IMG/VR virus record: IMGVR_UViG_2565956721_000002
Origin: a virus
Taxonomy: Duplodnaviria; Heunggongvirae; Uroviricota; Caudoviricetes
DNA length: 64,000 nucleotides
Strand: one strand, 5' to 3'
Shown here: one piece after another, positions 32,189 to 41,732 of the stretch
Layout: each line of letters begins with the position of its first letter
How positions within the stretch are numbered: the first letter of the stretch is position 1
Position numbers and translations under genes: made by a program
Notes under the pieces: model-generated
The model's database searches: none
Told to the model about the DNA's origin: nothing
The model's input: the letters and a program-made list of their open reading frames with translations, nothing else

Positions 32189-32205
32189 ATTGCTCTAATG
32201 TATTG
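32189..32205 (+). promoter_or_regulatory. C1 operator-like site upstream of lpa
   Basis: ATTGCTCTAATGTATTG 2 nt after the 31144 gene stop. Confidence 0.55.
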
Positions 32206-32275
32206 CTATTTCTTTAATCGAGGGTATTATATTCCACGTTGATTAGTTGACATGGGCTAATCAGTAGGTGACAGG

Positions 32276-32728
32276 ATGTTACTTAACTGGCAGGGACGCC
32301 ACTTCATGGAAATAAATCACTCACGAATAACATCGTACGAGATTGCGGATTACATGATCCGCACTAAATCTCTTCTATCAGCGAAAGAACTCGCAGCAAT
32401 TCTTGAAAAGGAATACCCGCATCTGGATGTCGATAAGCGCGATGTTTATCTGCGCTTAAAGGCTATCGCTGTGTCTAAGTATTCGTCTGTTTTGATAGAT
32501 GACAGTACACGCCCACGTAGATTTCAGATCCACTCTCTGAATCCTGAATTCTTTCGCCGTAGCCGCGCTCCGCGCCGGTTTGATGAAAAACTCCAGAACG
32601 AACTCTATATGACGCAGGACGAAAAGGAACGCCGGGAGCACCAGCCTTGGGTAATGGCGCGTCAACTTTTCAATAAGGTGGCCCGTCAGCACCGTCATTA
32701 CGGTAATGCCACATCCGCACGTATCTGA
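32276..32728 (+). CDS. lpa: late promoter activator candidate
   Basis: 150 aa ORF between a C1 operator and pacA, matching P1 lpa position; GGTGACAGG RBS; no motif-level confirmation. Confidence 0.55.
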   Translation: MLLNWQGRHFMEINHSRITSYEIADYMIRTKSLLSAKELAAILEKEYPHLDVDKRDVYLRLKAIAVSKYSSVLIDDSTRPRRFQIHSLNPEFFRRSRAPRRFDEKLQNELYMTQDEKERREHQPWVMARQLFNKVARQHRHYGNATSARI

Positions 32729-32813
32729 TTGATTGCTTGCCCGTTCCGGGCCTTTTGACATGTGACTTTCGTTACCCTCGCGTCAAAAAGAGTTTTTACG
32801 AAAGGAAGCATAA

Positions 32814-34007
32814 GTGACCTGGGACGATCACAAGAAGAATTTTGCTCGCCTGGCGCGAGATGGTGGTTACACCATCGCACAGTATGCCGCCGAGTTTAAT
32901 CTTAACCCTAATACCGCACGTCGTTATCTCCGTGCCTTCAAAGAAGACACCAGGACTACGGACAGCCGCAAGTCAAATAAGCCAGTCAGGAAGCCACTAA
33001 AAAGCATGATCATTGATCACTCTAATGATCAACATGCAGGTGATCACATTTCGGCTGAAATAGCGGAAAAACAAAGAGTTAATGCCGTTGTCAGTGCCGC
33101 AGTCGAGAATGCGAAGCGCCAAAATAAGCGCATAAATGATCGTTCAGATGATCATGACGTGATCACCCGCGCCCACCGGACCTTACGTGATCGCCTGGAA
33201 CGCGACACCCTGGATGATGATGGTGAACGCTTTGAATTCGAAGCTGGCGATTACCTGATAGATAACGTTGAAGCGCGGAAGGCCGCGCGCGCTATGTTGC
33301 GTCGGTCCGGGGCCGATGTTCTGGAAACCACTCTTCTGGAAAAGTCTCTTTCTCATCTCCTTATGCTGGAGAACGCCAGGGATACGTGTATTCGCCTGGT
33401 GCAGGAAATGCGCGATCAGCAAAAAGACGATGATGAAGGTACTCCGCCTGAATACCGTATCGCGAGCATGCTAAACAGCTGTTCCGCGCAGATAAGCAGC
33501 CTGATCAACACCATTTACAGCATCCGGAATAACTATCGAAAAGAAAGCCGGGAGGCGGAAAAGCACGCTTTGTCTATGGGGCAAGCTGGCATTGTTAAGC
33601 TGGCATACGAACGAAAGCGTGAAAATAACTGGTCAGTGCTGGAAGCAGCTGAATTCATCGAGGCGCATGGCGGGAAAGTGCCGCCCCTGATGCTGGAGCA
33701 AATCAAAGCCGATCTGCGTGCTCCTAAGACCAATACCGATGATGAGGAAAGGCAAACAGCCGTCGGTGGCCCTTCTCTTGAAGATCTGGACAAAGTTGCG
33801 CGAGAACGGGCCGCCAACCGCCGCGCCGATGCCGCATTGTGGATTGAGCAGCGTAGGGAAGAAATCGCCGATATCGTTGATACAGGCGGTTATGGAGATG
33901 TTGATACTGAAGGTGTATCAAACGACCCATGGCTGGAACAAGACCTGGACGAAGACGAGGAGGAAGACGAAGAAGTTACCCGCAAGCTATACGGGGATGA
34001 TGATTAA
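32814..34007 (+). CDS. pacA: terminase small subunit PacA
   Basis: 397 aa, GTG start with AGGAAG RBS; contains the pac site; very acidic C-terminus. Confidence 0.85.
   Translation: MTWDDHKKNFARLARDGGYTIAQYAAEFNLNPNTARRYLRAFKEDTRTTDSRKSNKPVRKPLKSMIIDHSNDQHAGDHISAEIAEKQRVNAVVSAAVENAKRQNKRINDRSDDHDVITRAHRTLRDRLERDTLDDDGERFEFEAGDYLIDNVEARKAARAMLRRSGADVLETTLLEKSLSHLLMLENARDTCIRLVQEMRDQQKDDDEGTPPEYRIASMLNSCSAQISSLINTIYSIRNNYRKESREAEKHALSMGQAGIVKLAYERKRENNWSVLEAAEFIEAHGGKVPPLMLEQIKADLRAPKTNTDDEERQTAVGGPSLEDLDKVARERAANRRADAALWIEQRREEIADIVDTGGYGDVDTEGVSNDPWLEQDLDEDEEEDEEVTRKLYGDDD
33008..33164 (+). other. pac packaging site (4 + 3 GATC-containing hexamers flanking the cleavage region)
   Basis: GATC at 33008, 33015, 33027, 33042, then 33138, 33050 and 33161, mostly as TGATCA/G hexamers, inside pacA as in P1. 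Confidence 0.8.
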
Positions 34008-35491
34008 TGGCCAGAAGTTGCGTAACGGATCCACGTTGGCGCGAGCTGGTGGCGCTATATCGTTATGACTGGATTGCGGCCGCTGATGTTTTGTTCGGCA
34101 AAACACCTACCTGGCAGCAGGATCTGATTATTGAGTCTGTGCAGGAACAGGGTAGCAAGACATCTGTTTCGTCTGGTCACGGTACCGGGAAATCAGACAT
34201 GACTTCTATCATGATCATGTTGTTCATAATCATGTATCCAGGTGCCCGTGCCATTATCGTTGCGAACAAAATTCAGCAGGTAATGACCGGTATATTCAAG
34301 TACATCAAGATAAACTGGGCTACTGCCACCAGCCGTTTCCCATGGCTTGCTGATTATTTTGTTCTGACAGAAACCGCTTTCTATGAGATTACTGGTAAAG
34401 GTGTATGGACTGTAGTACCGAAGGGCTTTCGTCTGGGAAGTGAAGAAGCTCTCGCCGGTGAACACGCAGATCATCTTCTGTATATTATCGATGAAGCCTC
34501 CGGTGTCAGTGATAGAGCTTTCGGTATCATCACCGGTGCTCTTACCGGACAGGATAACCGCATCTTATTGCTGTCACAGCCTACACGCCCAAGCGGCTAT
34601 TTCTACGATACACACCATAAACTGGCCAAGCGTCCTGGTAACCCTGATGGCGTTTATACGGCGATCACGCTTAACAGTGAGGAATCACCGTTGGTAACGC
34701 CAGCATTTATCAAAATGAAGCTGGCGGAGTACGGCGGGCGTGATAACCCTATGTACATGATTAAGGTACGCGGCCTATTCCCTAAATCACAGGATGGCTT
34801 CCTTCTTGGACGTGATGAGGTTGAACGTGCAACGCGGCGGAAAGTCAAGATTGCAAAAGGATGGGGCTGGCTTGCATGTGTGGACGTTGCTGGTGGTACG
34901 GGACGGGATAAGTCCGTTATCAATATCATGATGGTGTCCGGCCAGCGAAATAAACGCCGTGTAATCAACTATCGAATGCTGGAATACACAGACGTTACAG
35001 AAACGCAGCTTGCCGCCAAAATTTTCGCAGAATGTAATCCTGAGCGATTCCCAAATATCACCATAGCGATAGACGGCGATGGCCTGGGTAAAGCAACGGC
35101 GGATCTGATGTACGAGTATTATGGTATTACCGTACAGCGTATACGCTGGGGTAAAAAGATGCATAGCCGTGAAGATAAGAGCCTGTACTTTGATAAACGT
35201 GCTTATGCCAACGTTCAAGCCGCAGAGGCCGTAAAATCTGGTCGTATGAGACTGGATAAGGGTAATGAAACTATTGAGGAAGCGTCGAAAATCCCTGTAG
35301 GGATTAACTCCGCAGGTCAATGGAAGGTGATGAGTAAGGAGGATATGAAGAAAAAACTCAACCTGCACTCACCAGACCATTGGGATACATATTGTTTCGC
35401 TATGCTGGCTGATTATGTTCCCCAGGATGAAGTGCTTAGCGTCGAAGACGAAGCGCAGGTTGATGAAGCTCTGGCATGGCTTAATGAATAA
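34007..35491 (+). CDS. pacB: terminase large subunit PacB
   Basis: 494 aa; Walker A-like SSGHGTGKS, Walker B-like LLYIIDEAS; ATG overlaps pacA stop. Confidence 0.85.
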   Translation: MARSCVTDPRWRELVALYRYDWIAAADVLFGKTPTWQQDLIIESVQEQGSKTSVSSGHGTGKSDMTSIMIMLFIIMYPGARAIIVANKIQQVMTGIFKYIKINWATATSRFPWLADYFVLTETAFYEITGKGVWTVVPKGFRLGSEEALAGEHADHLLYIIDEASGVSDRAFGIITGALTGQDNRILLLSQPTRPSGYFYDTHHKLAKRPGNPDGVYTAITLNSEESPLVTPAFIKMKLAEYGGRDNPMYMIKVRGLFPKSQDGFLLGRDEVERATRRKVKIAKGWGWLACVDVAGGTGRDKSVINIMMVSGQRNKRRVINYRMLEYTDVTETQLAAKIFAECNPERFPNITIAIDGDGLGKATADLMYEYYGITVQRIRWGKKMHSREDKSLYFDKRAYANVQAAEAVKSGRMRLDKGNETIEEASKIPVGINSAGQWKVMSKEDMKKKLNLHSPDHWDTYCFAMLADYVPQDEVLSVEDEAQVDEALAWLNE

Positions 35492-35515
35492 CTCATTGAC
35501 CATGCCGGATAGAAA

Positions 35516-36367
35516 CTATTGCGCGCTTTCGGGGTTGTCGTTTACTGGCTGCCCCTTCTTAGTTTTACGGCTGCGCGTAACTGATGCGGCTGATTTGACC
35601 TTTTTCTCTTCGCGAGTGATGGCAATTTGTTTTTTTACATTTTCAATATCTGCCAGGCGATATATTTTTGCCTGCGGCCAGCGGTCGCAGATGATCGGTT
35701 CTATAGAGTCATAAAGGCTAAATTTTGCTTTCTCGAATTCACCGTTGATGATGATTCCATCACGGAGAGTTTCATCGCAGATAAACACACCACACAGCGG
35801 CACATGGTAACTAACTGATTTACCATCATTGTAGTTAGGGCTACTGGAAATGTAGTGGACGCGCAGCATTGTTTCGCTAAAGCCGTGTACACGCATACGG
35901 AATTTTTCATCCTCCGGGTACTGCTTCATTAGCTCTTTTGTTGCTTCCAGGTTCTCTATGTATTTCGCACTGTGCTCATTGATCCCCGCGCTTTTCTGGA
36001 TGCGAATGTCCTTATCAATCAGATGAATAATGCGGCCAGCGGTCATGTTGACGCTGTTCACAGCTTCTGTCTGATAAGTCGTAACCTTACGCACACCGCG
36101 AAGGATGTTAGGCACAGGATATAAAATAGTCTTTGGGATATTGAGGTCTGGGTACTGTTCCAGTTCCCGCGCCATTAAAGTCCATTTATCAATTTCAGCC
36201 TGAATGCTGTCCGTTTCTTTGAACGGTAGAACGACAACCGGGCGTACAGGACGACCGTCGCTGGCGGCATCAACGTGTTGGGCGCGTGCAACAGCTTTTT
36301 TTAGAAAGAGATCCCTGAAGCTGACGAACTCCTGGTACAGTTGTTCGCCGTAGACATAATTTATCAT
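35516..36367 (-). CDS. c1: C1 repressor of lysis
   Basis: 283 aa (P1 C1 length); strong GGAGGAGGA RBS; about 15 cognate operator sites across the window. Confidence 0.85.
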   Translation of the reverse strand: MINYVYGEQLYQEFVSFRDLFLKKAVARAQHVDAASDGRPVRPVVVLPFKETDSIQAEIDKWTLMARELEQYPDLNIPKTILYPVPNILRGVRKVTTYQTEAVNSVNMTAGRIIHLIDKDIRIQKSAGINEHSAKYIENLEATKELMKQYPEDEKFRMRVHGFSETMLRVHYISSSPNYNDGKSVSYHVPLCGVFICDETLRDGIIINGEFEKAKFSLYDSIEPIICDRWPQAKIYRLADIENVKKQIAITREEKKVKSAASVTRSRKTKKGQPVNDNPESAQ

Positions 36368-36390
36368 TGATCCTCCTCCAGAATTGACAT

Positions 36391-36431
36391 GGCCAACAAC
36401 TCACAGCGGATTACACTGGGAGTTGTTGGCC
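36391..36431. promoter_or_regulatory. perfect 12-bp inverted repeat between coi and c1
   Basis: GGCCAACAACTC - 17 nt - GAGTTGTTGGCC; possible attenuator hairpin or protein-binding site. Confidence 0.4.
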
Positions 36432-36461
36432 ACCATTATAGAAGGATCCAACGAAAATAAT

Positions 36462-36478
36462 AGATTTATTAGTGCATT
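36462..36478 (-). promoter_or_regulatory. C1 operator-like site (Op99-type position)
   Basis: reverse-complement AATGCACTAATAAATCT overlapping the coi 3' end. Confidence 0.5.
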
Positions 36479-36687
36479 TATTGTGAGTCTGGCTGGTTAG
36501 TGGCCATGAGATATTCGATTGTGTCAGTGAGATCATCCAGGTCGTCTTGGGTGATGCGGTACTCCTGATTGGATATCTTTGAGTAGTGTTCAGCAATGGC
36601 GCGGGCAGCGTCGGTTTCGGCAGGGTCTACAGATAAAGCGTTAGAGCAATGTCTAACGTCGTCGATGGTTGGTGGAATGAAAGCCAT
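36478..36687 (-). CDS. coi: C1 inactivator Coi candidate
   Basis: 69 aa (P1 Coi length) directly upstream of c1 on the same strand; GAGG RBS. Confidence 0.6.
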   Translation of the reverse strand: MAFIPPTIDDVRHCSNALSVDPAETDAARAIAEHYSKISNQEYRITQDDLDDLTDTIEYLMATNQPDSQ

Positions 36688-36915
36688 AATTATGCCTCAC
36701 TGTATTGACAACACAGAGCCTGAAGCTCTGACCTACTGTTTCACCCATGATCCATGCTGGGGTAATCTAACAACATTGCGCTGTGTGTAAGATGAGCAAT
36801 GCATAGCTGTAATGCCGTTGTATAAGGTTTCCCTGTTTGCTCATTTCCTTCTGAGCCGCTCTACAACGCTGAAGACACATTAAATAGTGAATCCAAAGTC
36901 GTATTACGAAACGGC

Positions 36916-36932
36916 GGCAAAACTATAATTTA
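36916..36932 (-). promoter_or_regulatory. C1 operator-like site
   Basis: reverse-complement ATTGCTCTAATAAATTA. Confidence 0.55.
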
Positions 36933-37008
36933 TTAGAGCAATTGTCAAACAACTATGAAAAACAATCCAGTTTTTGGCTGGTGGAGTGGGATTTTTCTCT
37001 CAAAATTT

Positions 37009-37025
37009 ATTGCTCTAATAATTCT
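37009..37025 (+). promoter_or_regulatory. C1 operator-like site adjacent to loxP
   Basis: ATTGCTCTAATAATTCT. Confidence 0.55.
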
Positions 37026-37068
37026 TGATTTTTATGCGCAGCTGGACGTAAACTCCTCTTCGGGCCTA

Positions 37069-37102
37069 ATAACTTCGTATAGCATACATTATACGAAGTT
37101 AT
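37069..37102 (+). other. loxP site-specific recombination site
   Basis: exact ATAACTTCGTATA-GCATACAT-TATACGAAGTTAT (13-bp inverted repeats around the 8-bp asymmetric spacer). Confidence 0.98.
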
Positions 37103-37291
37103 CTTAAGGGTTATTGAACATGATCAATTTACCTGTAAATCCATACAGTTCAATACCTTATCAGGTCAAATAGTGATCACTTGATCATTTGATCAAGGTT
37201 GCGCTACGTAAAATCTGCGAAATGTTGGCAGTGTTAGTGCTCCAGATTTCGCGTAGCGCACTTAGCACCACCAATCAATCAGAGGTGAAAA

Positions 37292-37513
37292 ATGGGATAT
37301 TCAGCTGCTAAAGTGTCCACTCATCTTGAGCTTGAGAAAAACCGTGGTTACTGGCGGGCAAAAGGGTTTGATCGTGATAGTTGTCAACTGTCATTATCGC
37401 GCGGTGAAGAGAAAATAGAACGCACGCGCGGTCGCTGGCGTTTCTATGACGAGAACCATAAACAGGTAAAGGCAGAGCCGATCCTGTACACTTTACTTAA
37501 AACCATTATCTGA
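37292..37513 (+). CDS. hypothetical protein immediately upstream of cre
   Basis: 73 aa with GAGGTG RBS; region upstream holds a GATC cluster (37175-37194) and an inverted repeat. Confidence 0.45.
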   Translation: MGYSAAKVSTHLELEKNRGYWRAKGFDRDSCQLSLSRGEEKIERTRGRWRFYDENHKQVKAEPILYTLLKTII

Positions 37514-37520
37514 GTATTAA

Positions 37521-38552
37521 ATGTCCAATTTACTGACCGTACACCAAAATTTGCCTGCATTACCGGTCGATGCAACGAGTGATGAGGTTCGCAAGAACCT
37601 GATGGACATGTTCAGGGATCGCCAGGCGTTTTCTGAGCATACCTGGAAAATGCTTCTGTCCGTTTGCCGGTCGTGGGCGGCATGGTGCAAGTTGAATAAC
37701 CGGAAATGGTTTCCCGCAGAACCTGAAGATGTTCGCGATTATCTTCTATATCTTCAGGCGCGCGGTCTGGCAGTAAAAACTATCCAGCAACATTTGGGCC
37801 AGCTAAACATGCTTCATCGTCGGTCCGGGCTGCCACGACCAAGTGACAGCAACGCTGTTTCACTGGTCATGCGGCGGATCCGAAAAGAAAACGTTGATGC
37901 CGGTGAACGTGCAAAACAGGCACTAGCGTTCGAACGCACTGATTTCGACCAGGTTCGTTCACTCATGGAAAATAGCGATCGCTGCCAGGATATACGTAAT
38001 CTGGCATTTCTGGGGATTGCTTATAACACCCTGTTACGTATAGCCGAAATTGCCAGGATCAGGGTTAAAGATATCTCACGTACTGACGGTGGGAGAATGT
38101 TAATCCATATTGGCAGAACGAAAACGCTGGTTAGCACCGCAGGTGTAGAGAAGGCACTTAGCCTGGGGGTAACTAAACTGGTCGAGAGATGGATTTCTGT
38201 CTCTGGTGTGGCTGATGATCCGAATAACTACTTGTTTTGCCGGGTCAGAAAAAATGGTGTTGCCTCGCCATCATCCACCAGCCAGCTATCAACTCGCGCC
38301 CTGGAAGGGATTTTTGAAGCAACTCACCGATTGATTTACGGGGCTAAGGATGACTCTGGTCAGAGGTACCTGGCCTGGTCTGGACACAGTGCCCGTGTCG
38401 GAGCCGCGCGAGATATGGCCCGCGCCGGAGTTTCAATACCGGAGATCATGCAAGCTGGTGGCTGGACCAACGTAAATATTGTCATGAACTATATCCGTAA
38501 TCTGGATAGTGAAACGGGGGCAATGGTGCGCCTGCTGGAAGATGGTGATTAG
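37521..38552 (+). CDS. cre: Cre tyrosine recombinase
   Basis: 343 aa beginning MSNLLTVHQNLPALPVDATSDEVRKNLMDMFRDRQAFSEHTWKMLLSVCRSWAAWCKLNNRKWFPAEPEDVRDYLLYLQARGLAVKTIQQHLGQLNMLHRRSGLPRPSDSNAVSLVMRRIRKENVDAGERAKQALAFERTDFDQVRSLMENSDRCQDIRNLAFLGIAYNTLLRIAEIARIRVKDISRTDGGRMLIHIGRTKTLVSTAGVEKALSLGVTKLVERWISVSGVADDPNNYLFCRVRKNGVA, matching Cre as recalled; adjacent to loxP. Confidence 0.97.
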   Translation: MSNLLTVHQNLPALPVDATSDEVRKNLMDMFRDRQAFSEHTWKMLLSVCRSWAAWCKLNNRKWFPAEPEDVRDYLLYLQARGLAVKTIQQHLGQLNMLHRRSGLPRPSDSNAVSLVMRRIRKENVDAGERAKQALAFERTDFDQVRSLMENSDRCQDIRNLAFLGIAYNTLLRIAEIARIRVKDISRTDGGRMLIHIGRTKTLVSTAGVEKALSLGVTKLVERWISVSGVADDPNNYLFCRVRKNGVASPSSTSQLSTRALEGIFEATHRLIYGAKDDSGQRYLAWSGHSARVGAARDMARAGVSIPEIMQAGGWTNVNIVMNYIRNLDSETGAMVRLLEDGD

Positions 38553-38569
38553 CCGTCAACGCATAATAA

Positions 38570-38586
38570 ATTGCTCTAATTATTTG
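38570..38586 (+). promoter_or_regulatory. C1 operator-like site
   Basis: ATTGCTCTAATTATTTG downstream of cre. Confidence 0.55.
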
Positions 38587-38602
38587 ATATTTATGGTGGC
38601 AT

Positions 38603-38914
38603 ATGAGAAAGGATTTCAACATCGACGGAAAATATGTAGTGCTGTCTGTAAGCACTAATATTCAGTCGCCAGCCGTCATTGTCACTGTAAAGCTGAGCGA
38701 TAGAATGCCTGATATTGACTCAATATCCGTTGCGTTTCCTGTCAAAAGTATGCGTAGTGCTGAACATTTCGTAATGAATGCCACCGAGGAAGAAGCACGG
38801 CGCGGTCTTGGTAAAGTGATGTCTGAGTTTGGCGAATTTCTGGGGCACGTTAACAAAGCCCTCACAATCAGTTCAGCAAGGTCCAAAGCGTTAACAGCTT
38901 CCATGATGAAATAA
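38603..38914 (+). CDS. hypothetical protein (P1 c8 position)
   Basis: 103 aa with GGTGG RBS; followed by hairpin AGCCTGGC-AAGGA-GCCAGGCT at 38919-38939. Confidence 0.45.
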   Translation: MRKDFNIDGKYVVLSVSTNIQSPAVIVTVKLSDRMPDIDSISVAFPVKSMRSAEHFVMNATEEEARRGLGKVMSEFGEFLGHVNKALTISSARSKALTASMMK

Positions 38915-39045
38915 AAAAAGCCTGGCAAGGAGCCAGGCTGCACAAAAGAGCGGGTTTGTATTCCGCATCCAATCAATCAAGAAGGAGTATAGCACACAGG
39001 TACTGAAGTGAAAAAATGTGATTCGCGATAAACAAAATATCTACC

Positions 39046-39062
39046 ATTGCTCTAATTGATTG
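39046..39062 (+). promoter_or_regulatory. C1 operator-like site overlapping the ref promoter
   Basis: ATTGCTCTAATTGATTG immediately followed by TATAAT at 39064-39069. Confidence 0.6.
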
Positions 39063-39129
39063 CTATAATTGAGCCGCAGTTTTTGTCAACTACGAAGACG
39101 TTGCCATTACTTCACTCCTTGACATCATT

Positions 39130-39155
39130 GGCGGCCATTAGGCCGCCTTTTTTTT
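39130..39155 (+). terminator. intrinsic terminator or attenuator 7 nt upstream of the ref start codon
   Basis: GGCGGCC-ATTA-GGCCGCC followed by TTTTTTTT. Confidence 0.55.
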
Positions 39156-39161
39156 GACCAT

Positions 39162-39722
39162 ATGAAAACAATCGAACAAAAAATTGAACAGTGCCGCAAG
39201 TGGCAGAAGGCAGCCAGAGAACGAGCGATCGATCGGCAACGGGAGAAGTTGGCTGATCCGGTCTGGCGAGAATCTCAATATCAGAAAATGCGGGATACTA
39301 TCGACCGCCGTATCGCTAAACAGAAAGAGCGCCCACCAGCCAGCAAAACGCGGAAAAGCGCGGTAAAAATAAAATCTCGTGGCTTGAAGGGGAGAACACC
39401 AACGGCGGAGGAACGGCGCATCGCCAATGCTCTTGGCGCTCTCCCCTGCATTGCCTGCTATATGCATGGAGTAATATCTAATGAGGTGTCTCTGCACCAT
39501 ATCGCCGGTCGTACCGCGCCGGGTTGTCATAAAAAGCAATTGCCACTTTGTAGATGGCACCACCAGCATGCAGCACCGGCTGAAGTAAGAGAAAAATACC
39601 CCTGGCTGGTCCCTGTTCATGCCGATGGTGTGGTTGGAGGCAAGAAAGAATTCACCTTGCTGAACAAGTCAGAGATGGAGTTGCTGGCTGACGCCTATGA
39701 GATGGCAAACATCATGCACTAA
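39162..39722 (+). CDS. ref: HNH endonuclease Ref (recombination enhancement function)
   Basis: 186 aa MKTIEQKIEQCRKWQKAARERAIDRQREKLADPVWRESQYQKMRDTIDRRIAKQKERPPASKTRKSAVKIKSRGLKGRTPTAEERRIANALGALPCIACYMHGVISNEVSLHHIAGRTAPGCHKKQLPLCRWHHQHAAPAEVREKYPWLVPVHADGVVGGKKEFTLLNKSEMELLADAYEMANIMH with HNH core, recognised as P1 Ref. Confidence 0.9.
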   Translation: MKTIEQKIEQCRKWQKAARERAIDRQREKLADPVWRESQYQKMRDTIDRRIAKQKERPPASKTRKSAVKIKSRGLKGRTPTAEERRIANALGALPCIACYMHGVISNEVSLHHIAGRTAPGCHKKQLPLCRWHHQHAAPAEVREKYPWLVPVHADGVVGGKKEFTLLNKSEMELLADAYEMANIMH

Positions 39723-39910
39723 TAAATATATTATTTTTAATCTGAAATAATTGACAACTGACAAGTGACTTCAGTCAGAATCATCACATGCCCGGTACGG
39801 ATGGATCCCTTTTCAAATATTCCATGGACGGCACAGTCTGAGTACCGGGCGCTACCTTCAGTTGTATTGCTAAGCCGCCGCTGGTGGCTTTTCTTTTTTG
39901 TAGGGGCGCT

Positions 39911-40552
39911 ATGGATAAGAAAATATGCGTTGTTTCGATGAGCGTCGGCAAACCGGCGTCAATGACTGCTGCATGGATCAACAACGAGCTGATAATGGCT
40001 GAGCGGACCAGCTACCCTGAACGCCGCCGCGATATGGAACTCCAGCTGCTGCGCGAATTGCGAGAAAAAGAGGAAAAGGGTTTTATCGTGCTGGTGGAAG
40101 AGGAAAACAGCTTTATTACTGGTCGAGTTGGCCAGCGTGTAAGGTTGCGCGATCCCTTCATGAACGGCAGGCCGGTACTAATTGAGGCAATGCAGATTTA
40201 TAAGGAGCTGGAACGCCAGAAAGCAATCAAGTTACCGCGCAAGGAATCCGGCAAATACATCCTCCACCAAAGCATCTTCGATTCCGAACACGATAAAAAA
40301 GGCGATGAATTTTTCAACATCAACTGGAGCGAAATAACGACAGAGCATGTTCTGACGTTACTATGTTGCTTTGCGACGGAATACAACAACGTTGCCAGCG
40401 CCGACTACATCAGGGCAATGGCTTGTGAAGTGGATAGTCGTGATGACTCATCGCTGATAGCGTCATATATAAACATCATCAAGAAAACTCAAATTATGGG
40501 ATGCGCTAGAGTTCCTCAAGGAATACTCACCGGAAAGAATAATATTCTATAA
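39911..40552 (+). CDS. hypothetical protein at the P1 mat (particle maturation) position
   Basis: internal ATG 39911 of track ORF 39884..40552; sits between ref and the cargo slot; preceded by a hairpin plus T-run at about 39870-39900; identity with Mat not verified. Confidence 0.45.
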   Translation: MDKKICVVSMSVGKPASMTAAWINNELIMAERTSYPERRRDMELQLLRELREKEEKGFIVLVEEENSFITGRVGQRVRLRDPFMNGRPVLIEAMQIYKELERQKAIKLPRKESGKYILHQSIFDSEHDKKGDEFFNINWSEITTEHVLTLLCCFATEYNNVASADYIRAMACEVDSRDDSSLIASYINIIKKTQIMGCARVPQGILTGKNNIL

Positions 40553-40595
40553 CCTACGAAGGTTATTTGTTACTTTCTGCGTAAACCCACAACTC

Positions 40596-40617
40596 ACCTT
40601 CCTAAGTTAAGGAAGGT
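40596..40617 (+). terminator. hairpin terminator between the mat-like gene and the cargo gene
   Basis: ACCTTCC-TAAGTTA-GGAAGGT followed by ATTTAT. Confidence 0.5.
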
Positions 40618-40649
40618 ATTTATCATGAAGTTTAGACATAAGCGTATTA

Positions 40650-41690
40650 TTACATGGGATTAACCACAACCTTTCCATATATATCAAGTTTTGATTGTAA
40701 TACGTTGAGGTGAGACAATTCTTTATTCGAACTAACTTTATCTAAAATTATATTTTTATCTTTTTCAGTCATGTTATACCCTAAGGTAATTTGCTTGAAT
40801 GCAGAAAAAGGAATTTTCTTTAAGTTAATTTCATGATAGTCATGAAAAACATCAGGATACTCATTTAATAGGCAATCATCAATCGATGGAGAGACAATGC
40901 TTCCTATTTTTCTCTCGCAATCAGCCAATGGAAAAATAATTCTACTTTCATTTTCAGGAAGCCACTCTTCACCTTTTGTATAAAGAAGCCTATTAATAAA
41001 AAGCTCGCGAACTGAATCTCGATTTAAGATCCCATGCAATGTATTATCTTTATTCTTTATATCTATATTCCTCGATGGCGCAGGATAGCCATTAAATCGC
41101 ACAGCGCCTTTATAATAGGTTACAGATGCTCTATCTTCTGGATTATAACTAACATCACACGGCCGATATATTTTGAAAAAATCGTGTGTTTCATCGAAAA
41201 CTACAGCAAACCCCTTTCCTATCGATGCATAATGAGTCCACATGTGTAGATTGCAATCACTTTTTGATAGAGAGAACACACCAAGATGACAGCTTACGGC
41301 TTCTACTAAATAATCGTTAAGGTACGTTACTATTTCTTGGAGTTTAGATTCATCATATGAATCCATTGAGGTAAAACCTTCATTGATTAACAAGTGTGGA
41401 AAATCCTCTCCGTATCGTTTCCCGCAAGGTTTTAAATAATACTCTAACTCTTGTATAGATGGGACATAAGATGGATCTCGTTGCATTTTCTTAAATTCAT
41501 TTCTAGCCCATGCGTAATCGGCTGGTGAAAATTTATTAAAAAATGGAAGAAGTCGCGACTCACTCGACGGATCATTAAGATACTTTGGTTGCGTTGCTCT
41601 AAAGAAACCATCCTCCAGACAAGATGTTCTAATGTGCATGCCCGGCCAAGGTTTATCCATATAACTCTCGCCTATATATTTAACTAACAC
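40650..41690 (-). CDS. DUF2971-like protein, AT-rich cargo gene in the slot occupied by res-mod in prototype P1
   Basis: 346 aa, GTG start is the first in-frame start; N-terminal LVKYIG...FRATQPKYLNDPSSE and central FSLSKSDCNLHMWTHYASIGKGFAVVFDE match motifs I associate with DUF2971; visibly AT-rich versus flanks; bounded by hairpins. Confidence 0.6.
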   Translation of the reverse strand: MLVKYIGESYMDKPWPGMHIRTSCLEDGFFRATQPKYLNDPSSESRLLPFFNKFSPADYAWARNEFKKMQRDPSYVPSIQELEYYLKPCGKRYGEDFPHLLINEGFTSMDSYDESKLQEIVTYLNDYLVEAVSCHLGVFSLSKSDCNLHMWTHYASIGKGFAVVFDETHDFFKIYRPCDVSYNPEDRASVTYYKGAVRFNGYPAPSRNIDIKNKDNTLHGILNRDSVRELFINRLLYTKGEEWLPENESRIIFPLADCERKIGSIVSPSIDDCLLNEYPDVFHDYHEINLKKIPFSAFKQITLGYNMTEKDKNIILDKVSSNKELSHLNVLQSKLDIYGKVVVNPM

Positions 41691-41711
41691 TGTATATCGA
41701 TCCTGTTGTTT

Positions 41712-41732
41712 AAGCCCATATCATATGGGCTT
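41712..41732. promoter_or_regulatory. perfect palindrome between lxc stop and cargo gene start
   Basis: AAGCCCATAT-C-ATATGGGCTT, about 22 bp upstream of the 41690 start; contains TATGAT; no flanking T-tract. Confidence 0.4.

Noticed and set aside
36596-36900. Small ORFs between coi and the loxP-proximal operators (possible imcA/imcB equivalents)
   Set aside because: Several 20-40 codon frames exist on the minus strand but none has a convincing RBS or motif; I cannot decide from sequence alone which, if any, is real.
37069-38552. Cre/loxP as evidence of an integrative element, with the tRNA fragments as an att site
   Set aside because: Cre/loxP in P1-like elements resolves plasmid dimers; flanking gene content is phage-plasmid throughout, and the tRNA fragments sit 30 kb away among the element's own tRNA genes.
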